A DNA stretch of 64,000 nucleotides from Patescibacteria group bacterium (GCA_041671565.1 JBAZBH010000001.1:71552-135551); one strand, 5' to 3'; numbered from the stretch's first letter, positions 39,288-49,746 are shown. Numbers and translations: made by a program. Notes: a model not told the origin generated them from the sequence alone.

Positions 39288-40928
39288 TTAATAAATTTCT
39301 TTCCGATAACACTCGCGGCAATAAACTATTTCCGACCGGTTTGGATTATAAGTAGTCTGAATTTCTTGTTGGCACTTTGCACAAACACGCGACCAAAGTT
39401 TCTGCGGATTTCTTTGATGCAATCGGTCTAAATGTCGGCAGAGGTAGCATTTATCCGGTAACGGCAGATTTAAATTCTTATAAAACTTCAATTCTTGAGC
39501 AATAATCTTAAATTGCCGGCCACAAGCGCAAGCAAAAACTTCTTGGCAAATACTGTCCTTTACTCCCACGATGCTGTCTGGCGGTAAGTTAGCTTCAACC
39601 GCCTTTTCCTCTTGCTCGTACCAAGCTAAACCGCGACTAGTCGCCTCTTCTTTTGACAAAGGATAATAAAACCTGGCAGTTGTCTCATTATAACCAAAAG
39701 GCGAATAACGCGCCGGAAAAAATTCGCCATACTCGCCGGCCGCTTTCATTCGTTCGACAATTTTTTGGCGTAATTTAGTATACTCGCTTTCGGTATATTG
39801 TTTATTTAAGATACAAAATTCCTTTTTCTTCAAACCGCAACAGCCAAAACAATTTTTACAGCCGCTGCACTCCGAACAATATTCCAAATTTTGAGAACCA
39901 AAATAACAATGGAAGCAAAATCGACAATTATAATTATTTTCACCGACGATTGCCGACTCGTACATTAATTGGCTATTACCCCACTGAAAAACATCGTACA
40001 TGTCCTTGGAACTAAAATAAATAGCATAGCAATAACGGCAATTCTGCACTTCGCGGCAATCATATGAATCTTTAACTTGATTAACATTATTTAAATAATC
40101 GCCGGTGCAACCTTCATTTTTAACGCCATGCTGATAAAGATAAGGATATTTCAATCGATCGACGGCATGCTTTTGGCGCCAAATCTCAACTGCTTGGCGG
40201 CTACCAAGATTGGCCTCGGCCAAACGCCGCTGATAATCTTCAACTTTAAGCTGCTGGTTAAACCAACAATAATTTTGATTACGCAGATTAACACAGCCAA
40301 AACAATTATTGCAGTTAAAACAATTTTTCAAAAAATAACTCTCGGAACAACTCCGGCAATCCTGTGAATAAAATAAATTAAAACATTCATCACAATCAAT
40401 ACAACTATAACACAATTCACATTGGTGAACTTTTAAACAATCAACTAAATCCTTAGAGTTATTAACGGAATAAGAATAATAACAATCTTCGTTAAAGTCG
40501 CTGTCAAATATCAGATAACAATTTTTGACATGGCCGCAATAATTAACATAATCGCTATTATTTAAAGTTCCGTAAGTAACATTTAAGGCCGAGTGAGGCA
40601 CTTGATAATAAAAACTAAAAAATTGTTCAAAAAAAGTTTTTTGCTCGTCATAATCAATGCCAAAATCAAGCCCCTCCCAACCGTCACCCCACCAGACATG
40701 GGCATCACAAACCGCTATTTTACTCTCCGGGCGATAGGCGGAAATAATATTTTTGCCGGATAAATCGCATTTTCTTTGATATAAATTCATTTCGTTAACC
40801 CAGGCGAGCCGCCGTTGCTGCCGACAGTTAGGGCAGAGTGTCGGCTCGGGTACGCCAATCCGGCCGTAGAACGAGCGGTCCTCGGGGTAGATAGTGAATG
40901 GTTGGTTACAATTTTTACAGGCAGGCAT
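39288..40928 (-). CDS. Cysteine-rich protein, paralog 3 of 4
   Basis: 546 aa; MPACKNCNQPFTIYPEDRSFYGRIGVPEPTLCPNCR ... SEIVYCRECYRKEIY. Confidence 0.6.
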   Translation of the reverse strand: MPACKNCNQPFTIYPEDRSFYGRIGVPEPTLCPNCRQQRRLAWVNEMNLYQRKCDLSGKNIISAYRPESKIAVCDAHVWWGDGWEGLDFGIDYDEQKTFFEQFFSFYYQVPHSALNVTYGTLNNSDYVNYCGHVKNCYLIFDSDFNEDCYYSYSVNNSKDLVDCLKVHQCELCYSCIDCDECFNLFYSQDCRSCSESYFLKNCFNCNNCFGCVNLRNQNYCWFNQQLKVEDYQRRLAEANLGSRQAVEIWRQKHAVDRLKYPYLYQHGVKNEGCTGDYLNNVNQVKDSYDCREVQNCRYCYAIYFSSKDMYDVFQWGNSQLMYESAIVGENNYNCRFCFHCYFGSQNLEYCSECSGCKNCFGCCGLKKKEFCILNKQYTESEYTKLRQKIVERMKAAGEYGEFFPARYSPFGYNETTARFYYPLSKEEATSRGLAWYEQEEKAVEANLPPDSIVGVKDSICQEVFACACGRQFKIIAQELKFYKNLNLPLPDKCYLCRHLDRLHQRNPQKLWSRVCAKCQQEIQTTYNPNRSEIVYCRECYRKEIY

Positions 40929-41013
40929 AACAAAGTTATAAAGTTGAAAGTTATAAAGTTATAAAGTTTTCTAGTTCCCTAAACTTTCTACTTTATAACT
41001 TTATAACTTTCAA
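40929..41013. repeat. AAGTTATAAAGTT-unit hairpin between paralogs 3 and 4
   Basis: aagttataaagttgaaagttataaagttataaagtt ... aactttataactttataactttcaact. Confidence 0.8.
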
Positions 41014-42654
41014 CTAATAAATCTCTTTCCGATAACATTCCTCGCAATAAACCTTCTCCGGCCTTTCCGGCGAATAAGTGGTCTCGATTTCCGTCCCGCA
41101 TTGGTCGCATTTTCTTTGGTATAAGTGCCGCGGGTTACGGAGCTGCATGCGGTCTAAATGACGGCAATCAGGGCACTTCCGGGGAATCGGCAAGCCAAAT
41201 TGGCGATAAAAACCAAGCTCCGGCTTGATAATTTTATAGTTTTTGCCGCAAACGACGCACGCCAAAACTTCATTGAGAATATCATCCGGCACCGCCTTGA
41301 TCTCGGCTGGCGTTTGATAAACCTGCTTTTGATATTCCCGCGCGTCTTTCTGTTTCCAAGCCCAACCTTTGGCCTTCACCTCGGCCTCACTCAACGGAAA
41401 ATAATCATTGGCCACGGTTTCGTTATAGGCAAAAGGCGAAATCTGAATTGGGAAAAACTCACCCCACTCCCCGGTCTTTTTTAGATGTTCAATAATTTTT
41501 GGCACTAACTGATTATATTCTTTTTCCGTGTATTCTTTGTTGAGAATGCTAAAATGCCGCTTGCGCATCACGGAACAGCCAAATAAATTTTTACTGCTGT
41601 CGCACCAATCGCTGTAATAAATATCATTGCACTGGTAACAGGCAAAAGAATAAAATGCCCGATAATTTTTCCAGGAAGCGATGTAATCACAGCACAGTTC
41701 GTTGTTTTCCGTGTAATTATTGTCATAGCAATCTTTGAGGTCAATCACCTGCGCCGAGTAAGCGCTGTCCTCGCACCGCTTGGCGTCAAACGACTGCCGG
41801 CAGTTTTTGCTTTCATTGATATAATCGCCGCTAACCCGGACATTTCTCAACCCTTGCAAATATCGCCGCGGCAATTTTAATTTATTTTTTTCCAGCTCGG
41901 CTTTGACTTCTGCCACCTTTCCCGGATTGCACCAATTTAACTCGGCTTTGAACTTTTCATAATCCGCTTCGCTGTATTGGCGGTTGAAAATCTGATGGTG
42001 GACATTCCGCAATCCAGCGCAACCGATACACTCGGAACAACCGCGGCAATCATAGCAATAAAACAAATTGTTACTGTCAAAACAATCCTGGCACCAGCAA
42101 CAGCTGTAAAGATGCTCGGAAGTGACACACTCATAACAAAGTTCGCAGTCGCGGATCAAAAGCGAGTCAACGCAATCTTTGGAATAATAAGGGTTGCCGT
42201 AAAGGCAATTTTCAATAAAAATACTGCCGTAGCAGAGATAACTGTTTTTGGCGTCGCCCAAATAATTGCAATAATCGCTGTTAACGATATTGCCACCAGC
42301 CTGCACCGTGCCAGCGCGCGGCACGGCTTTCAAGAGTTCATCGTATTGGCTAAAAAACGGCCGGCTAAAATCAAACTCCCGGCCAAAAGCCGTCGGATCC
42401 CATTTGTCTGAATACCAACAATCGCGGCAATAAACTTTATAAGGCTTATCCGGCGAATAATTGGATAAGATCTTTTTATGGCAAAGCTGACACTCAGCCG
42501 AATAAAAAACCCGTTCGTTGCGGAGGGCCATCCGGCGCTGAGCGCGGCAATCTGGACAGTGCGTTGGCTCGGCTAAACCAAGCTTAGCGTAGAACGCGCG
42601 GTCCTCGGGGTAGATAGTGAATGGTTGACTGCAATTTTTACATTGCATAAACAT
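41014..42654 (-). CDS. Cysteine-rich protein, paralog 4 of 4
   Basis: 546 aa; MFMQCKNCSQPFTIYPEDRAFYAKLGLAEPTHCPDCR ... PEKVYCEECYRKEIY. Confidence 0.6.
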   Translation of the reverse strand: MFMQCKNCSQPFTIYPEDRAFYAKLGLAEPTHCPDCRAQRRMALRNERVFYSAECQLCHKKILSNYSPDKPYKVYCRDCWYSDKWDPTAFGREFDFSRPFFSQYDELLKAVPRAGTVQAGGNIVNSDYCNYLGDAKNSYLCYGSIFIENCLYGNPYYSKDCVDSLLIRDCELCYECVTSEHLYSCCWCQDCFDSNNLFYCYDCRGCSECIGCAGLRNVHHQIFNRQYSEADYEKFKAELNWCNPGKVAEVKAELEKNKLKLPRRYLQGLRNVRVSGDYINESKNCRQSFDAKRCEDSAYSAQVIDLKDCYDNNYTENNELCCDYIASWKNYRAFYSFACYQCNDIYYSDWCDSSKNLFGCSVMRKRHFSILNKEYTEKEYNQLVPKIIEHLKKTGEWGEFFPIQISPFAYNETVANDYFPLSEAEVKAKGWAWKQKDAREYQKQVYQTPAEIKAVPDDILNEVLACVVCGKNYKIIKPELGFYRQFGLPIPRKCPDCRHLDRMQLRNPRHLYQRKCDQCGTEIETTYSPERPEKVYCEECYRKEIY

Positions 42655-42664
42655 TATCTCCTAC

Positions 42665-42752
42665 GAATTACGAATCAGCGCGAATGTACGAATTACGAAT
42701 CGCCGTGGTGGCTGGATTCGTACATTCGCGCTGATTCGTAATTCGTAGGGGT
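42665..42752. repeat. Perfect roughly 35-bp-arm inverted repeat (ctacgaattacgaatcagcgcgaatgtacgaat / attcgtacattcgcgctgattcgtaattcgtag), cgaat family
   Basis: Read directly; upstream of paralog 4. Confidence 0.85.
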
Positions 42753-42755
42753 ATT

Positions 42756-43814
42756 TTATTTTTCTAAAATTTCCCCATACTCCATCTCATATATATGCAA
42801 CAGGGTAAAGAAGATCGCAATCACAATCGGCCCGATAAACATGCCCCAAAAACCGAAAGTCAAAATCCCGCCGAAGATAGAAAAGAAAACCAAGAGCGGA
42901 TGAACTTCGGCGCGGCCTTTGATCAACCAAGGGCGGACGATATTGTCCACTAAACTGACCGCCAAAAAGCCCCAAAGTAAAAGGAAGACGCCTTGCCAAA
43001 TTTGCCCCACCAAAAGCAGGTAAATCGCGGCCGGAAACCAGATAATCGCCGAACCGATGTAAGGCAGGAGCGAAAGAAAGGCCATGGTCACGCCGACGAA
43101 AAAGGCCGGGATGCCGATAATCATAAAACCAATGGCGCCGACAATGCCTTGGATCGCGGCGGCGGCAAAACTGCTGACAATCACCGAATAACTGACATCA
43201 CGGAACTTCTGGAATATTTCGCGGTCGTATTTATTGGCGAGCGGCGTCAAATGCATTATCCGCTCCAGCATCTTTTTGCCGTCACGGAAAAGGAAAAAAA
43301 TGGTAAAAAACATAATCAGGAGAGCGGTCAAAAACTCGCCCGTGCTTTTAATAATCGCGGTGCCAGCCGAAACCATGAAATTGGAAATTTGCGAACTGGC
43401 CGAAATCAGATATTGCCGCAGATTGAAAACCGACGGATCAATAAAATTTATCTTGCCGAACCAACTGCTTTTGCCGACCGTCTGTTCCCAGCCGCCGGCC
43501 CCGAGCCAAACCGTCATGGCGCTAAAGCCTTCCAGGGATTTTTGGGATAAATAAAACAAGAAATTGGTTACCGGCAAAATAATAATCAAAGCAATGAGAA
43601 TCACCATAATAAAAGCGGCCAAACTTTGTCGGCCGTGGAGCCGAACTACTAACTTGCTATACCAGCCGTAAAACATAGAAACCAAAATGCTGGAAATAAC
43701 AATCGCGGCGAGGAACGGCTTGAGGAATAAATAAACCAGAAAAAACGCCCCACCGAGCAAAATAAAAAGAAAGATGTGGGATAAATAGTTCTTGGGGTGA
43801 GTGATTACGGGCAT
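42756..43814 (-). CDS. AI-2E family transporter (UPF0118/PerM-like)
   Basis: 352-aa polytopic membrane protein of the AI-2E family. Confidence 0.7.
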   Translation of the reverse strand: MPVITHPKNYLSHIFLFILLGGAFFLVYLFLKPFLAAIVISSILVSMFYGWYSKLVVRLHGRQSLAAFIMVILIALIIILPVTNFLFYLSQKSLEGFSAMTVWLGAGGWEQTVGKSSWFGKINFIDPSVFNLRQYLISASSQISNFMVSAGTAIIKSTGEFLTALLIMFFTIFFLFRDGKKMLERIMHLTPLANKYDREIFQKFRDVSYSVIVSSFAAAAIQGIVGAIGFMIIGIPAFFVGVTMAFLSLLPYIGSAIIWFPAAIYLLLVGQIWQGVFLLLWGFLAVSLVDNIVRPWLIKGRAEVHPLLVFFSIFGGILTFGFWGMFIGPIVIAIFFTLLHIYEMEYGEILEK

Positions 43815-43865
43815 AAAATTATTGTTATCCCAAAGGAATCCCTTCGGGGTTTAATATTTAATTAT

Positions 43866-44882
43866 TTATTTTTTACCGACCAGCGCCGCCAGTTCGACCA
43901 AACGATTAGCATAACCCCATTCGTTGTCATACCAAGCCATAACTTTCACTAAATTGCCGCCAACTACTTTGGTTAAGGACAAATCAACAATGGCGGAATG
44001 CGGGTCACCGACAATATCGGAGGAAACCAAAGGTTCCTCGGAAACCGCCAAGATATTTTTGAATAAAGGCTGCTTCTGCGCCCGGCGGAAAGCGCTGTTA
44101 ACCTGCTCAACCGTTACTGTCTTTTTAAGTAGGCAAGTAATATCGGAAATTGAACCGCAAGGCACGGGCACGCGGATAGCAATGCCGTCAAAAATCCCGG
44201 CCATGGCAGGAATAACCCGGCTAACCGCTTTGGCGGCGCCGGTGACTGCCGGCACTTGATTGAGCGCGGCGGCGCGGCCTTCGCGAAAATCTTTATGGTT
44301 CGGCCCGTCAACCAAACCTTGGCTGACAGTATAAGCGTGCGAAGTGGTTAAAAGCGCCTTCTCAATGCCAAAAACATTTTCCAAAACTTGCATCACCGGC
44401 GCGATACAATTGGTGGTGCAAGAAGCGTTGGAAATAATCTTGCCTTCGTTAATCCGCTTTCTAGTGTCTTCAGTGCCTAAAACCAAAGTCTGCTTGATAT
44501 CCTCTTTGCCTAAGGCGGAAATTATCACTTTCTTTGCTCCGGCTTTTAAATGCTGGCCGGCGCCACTGGCATCGGTAAAAAATCCGGTGCACTCCAAAAC
44601 CACATCGACTTGCATTTTTTTCCAAGGCAATTTCTTCGGCTCCTTCTCGCTGAAAACCAAGATCTTCTTGCCGTTAACCAGCAAACCGCCGCCGCCAACC
44701 GAAACCTTTTTCTGGTATCGTCCGTAAACCGAATCGTATTTTAATAAATAAGCCAAACTCTTGATGTCAGCCAAATCGTTAATTGCCACCACTTCAATGC
44801 CTTTTTTCTCTAAAGCCACCTTGAAAGCCTGCCGGCCAATCCGGCCAAAGCCATTAATCGCCACGCGGATTTTGTTTGCCAT
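43866..44882 (-). CDS. gap: Glyceraldehyde-3-phosphate dehydrogenase
   Basis: INGFGRIGR; SNASCTTNCIAP catalytic Cys. Confidence 0.95.
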   Translation of the reverse strand: MANKIRVAINGFGRIGRQAFKVALEKKGIEVVAINDLADIKSLAYLLKYDSVYGRYQKKVSVGGGGLLVNGKKILVFSEKEPKKLPWKKMQVDVVLECTGFFTDASGAGQHLKAGAKKVIISALGKEDIKQTLVLGTEDTRKRINEGKIISNASCTTNCIAPVMQVLENVFGIEKALLTTSHAYTVSQGLVDGPNHKDFREGRAAALNQVPAVTGAAKAVSRVIPAMAGIFDGIAIRVPVPCGSISDITCLLKKTVTVEQVNSAFRRAQKQPLFKNILAVSEEPLVSSDIVGDPHSAIVDLSLTKVVGGNLVKVMAWYDNEWGYANRLVELAALVGKK

Positions 44883-44937
44883 AGGGGTGAAAGTTAAGAA
44901 TAATAAGGTTATTATAGCAAAAATTTGGGATAACAGA

Positions 44938-45016
44938 CATGGTTTTATGGTTATATGGTTATATGGTTGGATGAATTAAAGAGTCTAACCATAAAGCCAT
45001 AAAACCATATAACCAT
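44938..45016. repeat. Intergenic palindromic repeat, family B copy
   Basis: catggttttatggttatatggttatatggttggatgaattaaagagtctaaccataaagccataaaaccatataaccat. Confidence 0.7.
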
Positions 45017-45074
45017 TAGATTTAAACAAAAACAAGGCTCAAAGGCCTTGCTAAAATTTATTATTCATCTTGTT

Positions 45075-45878
45075 TTACCAAGAAAGCTTATTTATCGGCA
45101 ATTCCACCACGGTGTCGATTTTTTCCTTTTTATCAAAAATCCGGACATCGACAGTTTCTTTGAGGGTGTGCCAGCCGACGACCACGCCTTGGCCGTTTTC
45201 GGCTTTGACACTGGCGCCGACCGCCGGGAATTTCTTCGCCAGATCCTGATAAACTTCTTTTTCAAAAGCCAAGCAACAGCGCAGGCGGCCGCAACAGCCG
45301 GACAACCTTTCCGAGCCGCGATGCGCCACTTGCTGTTGTTCGGCGAGGTCGGAAGTGATACTGCCCAAGTCTTTGACAAACTTCTGGCAGCACAACTGCC
45401 GGCCGCAAGCGCCGATGTCGCCGCACATTTTCATTTCGTCGCGGATGCCGAGCTGTTGCAGGCGAACATTTTTTTGGTAATGGCGGGTCAAATCTTTCGC
45501 TAGTTCGCGGAAATCAATCCGTCCTTGGGCGATAAAAGCGAACACCAGTCGTTTGCCGTCCAGGGAAAAATGGACATCCACCAGCTTCAAGGGCAGATTA
45601 TATTTGTCAGCCAGTTTTTTGCAATTGTCCATGGCTTCGGCTTTGCCCTGGTCCAAGTCCAACCGCTTCTGCAAATCTTCTTTGGTCGCCTTGCGGGTGA
45701 TCGGTTTAATTTCCTGCTCCGGCGTCGACTCGGCCTCATCCCAGCCAATCACCTTGCCCAAGTCCAAACCCAACTGAGTTTCCACCACCACAAAATCACC
45801 TTCGGCGAGTTTAAGCTCACCCGGGTCGAAAAAATAGGACTTATCCCAGGAAGTAAATTGGATTGAGGCGACACGCAT
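45075..45878 (-). CDS. PSP1 C-terminal domain protein (YaaT/RicT-like)
   Basis: Cys cluster CGDIGACGRQLCCQKF...GCCGRLRCC. Confidence 0.7.
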   Translation of the reverse strand: MRVASIQFTSWDKSYFFDPGELKLAEGDFVVVETQLGLDLGKVIGWDEAESTPEQEIKPITRKATKEDLQKRLDLDQGKAEAMDNCKKLADKYNLPLKLVDVHFSLDGKRLVFAFIAQGRIDFRELAKDLTRHYQKNVRLQQLGIRDEMKMCGDIGACGRQLCCQKFVKDLGSITSDLAEQQQVAHRGSERLSGCCGRLRCCLAFEKEVYQDLAKKFPAVGASVKAENGQGVVVGWHTLKETVDVRIFDKKEKIDTVVELPINKLSW

Positions 45879-45884
45879 GATGAA

Positions 45885-45980
45885 TAAGTATTCAGGGAAC
45901 AGTATTCAGTATTCAGGGAACCATATCCCCGAACACTGAATTTGAACCCCTGAATACTGAATACTGACCCCCGAATACTC
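45885..45980. repeat. Intergenic palindromic repeat, family C copy
   Basis: aagtattcagggaacagtattcagtattcagggaacc...cccctgaatactgaatactgaccc. Confidence 0.7.
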
Positions 45981-45982
45981 TT

Positions 45983-46753
45983 TTAAATTTGGTAATGGGA
46001 GAATTTGACTACCTTGGCGGAACCGAGCAGTTGTTCCACGGTTTGCTGGTCGTCTTTGATATAAGCCTGGTTTAAGAGGCAAACTTCAGAGTAAAATTTG
46101 GCTAATTTGCCGGCGATAATCTTATCCCAAACCGCCGCCGGCTTGTTTTCATTTTGCAACTGTTCGCGATAGATTTCTTTTTCTTTATCAATAATCTCGG
46201 CCGGCACCTCGGCTGGCGACAAATATTTTGGCGCCATCGCCACCACTTGCATGGCGAGATCAATGGCTAACTGCTCACTGCCGTTGTCCAAAACCACAGC
46301 CGCGGCCGCTTTTTTATTGGAATGGAGATAAATGCCGACGACCGGCCCGCTGACCACTTCCGCGGCCGCTAGTTTGATATTCTCCCCGATTTTAATGATT
46401 AATTCTTTATTGATCTTGTCTTCGGCTTTGGCCTTAAACTCAAGCAAATCGGCCGTTAATAATTCTTTGGCAAATTCTTCTACCGCCGCGACAAAATCCT
46501 GATTGCGGGAAACAAAGTCGGTTTCACAAGCGAGGCCAACCACAGCGGTTTTGGCGCCGTCTTGGGCAATGGCAATCAAGCCTTCTTTGGTGCTCCGTTC
46601 GGCCTTCTTGCCGGCTTTTTCCAAACCCTTTTTACGCAAGAGTTCCACCGCTTGATCAAAACTGCCACCAGCTTCTTCCAAAGCTTTTTGGCAGTCAACC
46701 ATACCGGCGCCGGTTTTCTCGCGGAGTTGTTTAATGGCTGAGAAGTCTGACAT
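45983..46753 (-). CDS. tsf: Elongation factor Ts
   Basis: N-terminal UBA-like IKQLREKTGAGMVDCQKAL; 256 aa. Confidence 0.9.
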   Translation of the reverse strand: MSDFSAIKQLREKTGAGMVDCQKALEEAGGSFDQAVELLRKKGLEKAGKKAERSTKEGLIAIAQDGAKTAVVGLACETDFVSRNQDFVAAVEEFAKELLTADLLEFKAKAEDKINKELIIKIGENIKLAAAEVVSGPVVGIYLHSNKKAAAAVVLDNGSEQLAIDLAMQVVAMAPKYLSPAEVPAEIIDKEKEIYREQLQNENKPAAVWDKIIAGKLAKFYSEVCLLNQAYIKDDQQTVEQLLGSAKVVKFSHYQI

Positions 46754-46819
46754 ATATAGTACCGATTATATTAATAACTTAACTTATTTTACTAACAATT
46801 CACCATGTTCTGAGAGCCA

Positions 46820-46960
46820 TCTGGCTGGAAGCGATGCGAATGCTACGAATTACATGCGAATCTACGAATGCGGAGCCTTATTTGTAGTATTCGCATGCCT
46901 GCCTTGCCGAATCCGCCGATTTGGCGGAGCAGGCAGGTCATTCGTAGATTGGCATCGCCA
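46820..46960. repeat. Intergenic palindrome, family F (gcgatgcgaatgctacgaattacatgcgaat ...), half-copy at 36581-36640
   Basis: Shared 30-nt string between the two loci plus a local inverted partner. Confidence 0.7.
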
Positions 46961-46961
46961 T

Positions 46962-47660
46962 TTATTTGGCGGCGGCTTCGGCTTGGCCGAGTTTGACGGC
47001 TTCGGCAATCAAGGAAGTGATTAATTCAATGCTCTTGGTGGCGTCATCATTGCCCGGAATAATATAATCAACTTTTTCCGGATTGACATTGGTGTCGCAG
47101 ATTGCCACCAAAGGAATGTGGCGCGTATTCGCCTCGGTCACCGCGGTTTTTTCCCATTTGATATCCACTAAATAAATCGCCTCGGGAATTTTCTTGAGTT
47201 CGGCAATGCCGCCCACGCGGCCGCTCAGTTTGTCAATTTCTTCCTGAAAACCCAGCTGTTCTTTTTTGGAATAAACCTTAAAGCCGCCGGCGGCCATCTT
47301 GCCTTGCAGATCTTTGTATTTCTTGATTAGTTTCAAAATCACCGGAAAGTTGGTCAAGGTGCCGCCGAGCCAGCGGTGGTTAATATAAGGCATGCCGCAT
47401 TCCTCAGCATATTTTTTGATAATCGGCTGAGCCTGGTCTTTGGTGCCCACAAACAAAACAACACCGCCAGTTTTAACGGTATTGGTAACAAACTCTAACG
47501 CCTCTTTTAACTTCACTTGGGTTTTTTCCAAGTCAAGCAAATGAACGCCGCTCCGCTCCGCAAAAATATATTGCTCCATTTTTGGGTGCCACTTGCCGGC
47601 TTGGTGGCCGAAGTGCATTCCCGCTTTTAACATTTCCTCCAGAGTTGGAAGTTGATACAT
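46962..47660 (-). CDS. rpsB: 30S ribosomal protein S2
   Basis: MLKAGMHFGHQAGKWHPKM N-terminus. Confidence 0.95.
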   Translation of the reverse strand: MYQLPTLEEMLKAGMHFGHQAGKWHPKMEQYIFAERSGVHLLDLEKTQVKLKEALEFVTNTVKTGGVVLFVGTKDQAQPIIKKYAEECGMPYINHRWLGGTLTNFPVILKLIKKYKDLQGKMAAGGFKVYSKKEQLGFQEEIDKLSGRVGGIAELKKIPEAIYLVDIKWEKTAVTEANTRHIPLVAICDTNVNPEKVDYIIPGNDDATKSIELITSLIAEAVKLGQAEAAAK

Positions 47661-47853
47661 ATTTTTTTCCTTTATTATCCCTCTCAGCCGTTGCCCGGCG
47701 GAAGAAACCGCAGGGAAGGAAATAATCGGCTGATGAGTGATTTCCGCCTATTTTAATAAATAAAGCGGAATAATTATTTAATTTTACCTCTTTTTGAGGA
47801 GGTAGCAATAGTCTATCAAAGAACCGGGGGTTTGGCAAGATGGCAAACCATTG

Positions 47854-47882
47854 ACATTGAATTGAATAAATGCTATATTCTA
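47854..47882 (+). promoter_or_regulatory. Sigma70-like promoter (TTGACA, 17 bp spacer, TATATT) for the 48027 operon
   Basis: ccattgacattgaattgaataaatgctatattc. Confidence 0.5.
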
Positions 47883-48026
47883 TTGATAATTATGAAGCCG
47901 TAGTTAGCCACAGTTTTTAGTAAAAATAAAGATTTTTATTAAAAACCGTGGCCAATGTCGGACACGGTGAACCTTGAAAACGGGCACGCTTAACCGCACG
48001 CCCACAAACACTAGAAGGAGCACGCT

Positions 48027-48665
48027 ATGGCAAGCCCCGAAGAGTACGCAAAATTGTTCGCCGCGATGAGTAAATTCGCAAATGTCATGAAAAAGGGAGG
48101 GTATGATCTCAAGGATCTTTTCGAAAAACTGTCGGATGATCCTGACCTGTTGGAAAAAGTCGGCAAAGTTGTGGCCAAACCGCGGTTCAGGTTCGAAGTG
48201 GACTACGGTCAACCCCTCGGCGAGCTGGTCACGCTCGTCCGCGAACAACGGCATCGGGTAGTGGAAATCAGCGGACTGGTCGAAAAATTTTACCCCGATC
48301 CGGTCGGAGTCAGCGGTATCGTGAAGGTAAAGGGGTCGGAACTCTTCAACTTCACCGAAGTATTGAACGACCGCGTGATCCGCGTCGCCATGATGACGCA
48401 GGGCTTTAAGCCGGCAAACGCGCGAGAATTCCTGTGCTGGCTGATCGCCTACCCCGACCTTGAGGTCGGCGGACCTTTCCGGCAAAAACCCGTTGCCGCC
48501 CTCGGCGCCGTCTGCGAACAGAGCTGGCCAGATGCCAATAGCCAGATGGCGAACGGCGATCACCTCCAACTGGTCGAGGGGCGCCTGCGACCGCTCGCGG
48601 CCAACTTCGTCTATCCCGCCGGCATACAGTTCCTCGGCGTTCCCATGGAAGGAGGCGTGCGATGA
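48027..48665 (+). CDS. Hypothetical cytoplasmic protein (212 aa) with C-terminal motif FVYPAGIQFLGVPMEGGVR
   Basis: SD ctagAAGGAGcacgctATG; higher-GC region; stop overlaps the next start (ATGA). Confidence 0.6.
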   Translation: MASPEEYAKLFAAMSKFANVMKKGGYDLKDLFEKLSDDPDLLEKVGKVVAKPRFRFEVDYGQPLGELVTLVREQRHRVVEISGLVEKFYPDPVGVSGIVKVKGSELFNFTEVLNDRVIRVAMMTQGFKPANAREFLCWLIAYPDLEVGGPFRQKPVAALGAVCEQSWPDANSQMANGDHLQLVEGRLRPLAANFVYPAGIQFLGVPMEGGVR

Positions 48666-49600
48666 GACCATCGACTTTATTGGTGCCCGCGATTCTGATC
48701 ATGGTCTACACGATGCTGGCCAACCCTATGCTGTGTGATCGCGCCTGTGACAACTGCAACAATGACGACAAAATCGCTACTGAAGCCACGCCAGAACCGG
48801 AAACAATACTGGATCCGGAAACCACGCTGGAATTAGAAGAGACGCCGGAGCCGATCTGCAAAGAGGTTAGCTACTGCCAAGAACAACCAGTCGGTAAAGG
48901 CGGCTGGCGCTACCATCAACGGTCAATAGCCGAGCAAGTTGAAATTCTGCAAAGCTATTTCCCGCGGCTCAGTTTCGTCGGCCTGGACGAAGCTATGGAA
49001 ATCCCCGACGGCGCAGAAGGGCCGTTCGTGATTCTGAAATGGCAGAGTGTGGCCCCCACTTACAACCGGGCTTTCCAAAAGGTTATAAAAATGATCCTAC
49101 GGAAAAACTATAAAAATATCTGCCAAAAGGATGAGTGTAGTGTGAGGCAAGACCCGGACACGGCCAAAATGATTGATGAGATCAGCGCCAACCAGGCCCG
49201 GGACGCTTTCATACTGCCGGCTCAATGGAGCGACCAACGCTACCATGGCCTTTCAGCCCGAAAAGCTCTTAAACAATTCCTGCCTAACGAGTTCGGCCTG
49301 GACTCGTTCAGCGTCGCCTGCATGTTGTTGACACACCCTGAACGAATCTCCCATTTTTGGGTGGCAATATACGCTACCGGCGGCGTGATTCAAAAAAAAG
49401 TGTCACCAACAACAAGGGGATTAGACTGCGCCCCGCTATTCAGTTACGCATTGCAGTTCGACTCAGTGTCATTCTGCCATTCCTGGGTTGAGCTTAGGAA
49501 CGATTCGACTACCACGGCGACCGGATTCATTCCTCTTGAGTTCGTCTATCCCGCCGGAATGGATTTCCTCGGTGTTCCCATGGAAGGGGGCACGCGATGA
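48662..49600 (+). CDS. Hypothetical secreted Cys-rich protein (312 aa) sharing a C-terminal domain with the upstream gene (…FVYPAGMDFLGVPMEGGTR)
   Basis: Signal-peptide-like N-terminus; ATGA overlap with both neighbours. Confidence 0.6.
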   Translation: MRPSTLLVPAILIMVYTMLANPMLCDRACDNCNNDDKIATEATPEPETILDPETTLELEETPEPICKEVSYCQEQPVGKGGWRYHQRSIAEQVEILQSYFPRLSFVGLDEAMEIPDGAEGPFVILKWQSVAPTYNRAFQKVIKMILRKNYKNICQKDECSVRQDPDTAKMIDEISANQARDAFILPAQWSDQRYHGLSARKALKQFLPNEFGLDSFSVACMLLTHPERISHFWVAIYATGGVIQKKVSPTTRGLDCAPLFSYALQFDSVSFCHSWVELRNDSTTTATGFIPLEFVYPAGMDFLGVPMEGGTR

Positions 49601-49746
49601 AAAAATGGGTCACCATACTCCTTAAAGGAGTGCTCGTGGTGGCGTTAGCCGCCATAACAATTATTTTGGCGATGATAGTGGCGGGGGTGATGGTGGTGAC
49701 AGTCTTCTACTGCGCCATAATTATTGCCGCCGGCGGCCACATGTAA
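49597..49746 (+). CDS. Small hydrophobic protein (49 aa), translationally coupled
   Basis: ATGA overlap with the upstream stop; single TM. Confidence 0.4.
   Translation: MKKWVTILLKGVLVVALAAITIILAMIVAGVMVVTVFYCAIIIAAGGHM

Noticed and set aside
9985-42752. CRISPR array interpretation of the CACAGAT and other unit repeats.
   Set aside because: Units are 7-13 nt with 2-3 nt spacers, arranged as inverted palindromes, and no cas genes are present.
47533-48702. Minus-strand ORFs (101, 255 and 98 aa) overlapping the rpsB leader and the 48027 gene.
   Set aside because: They are antisense in high-GC DNA, lack an SD and any conservation signal, and the region is explained by plus-strand genes that have a promoter, an SD and coupling.
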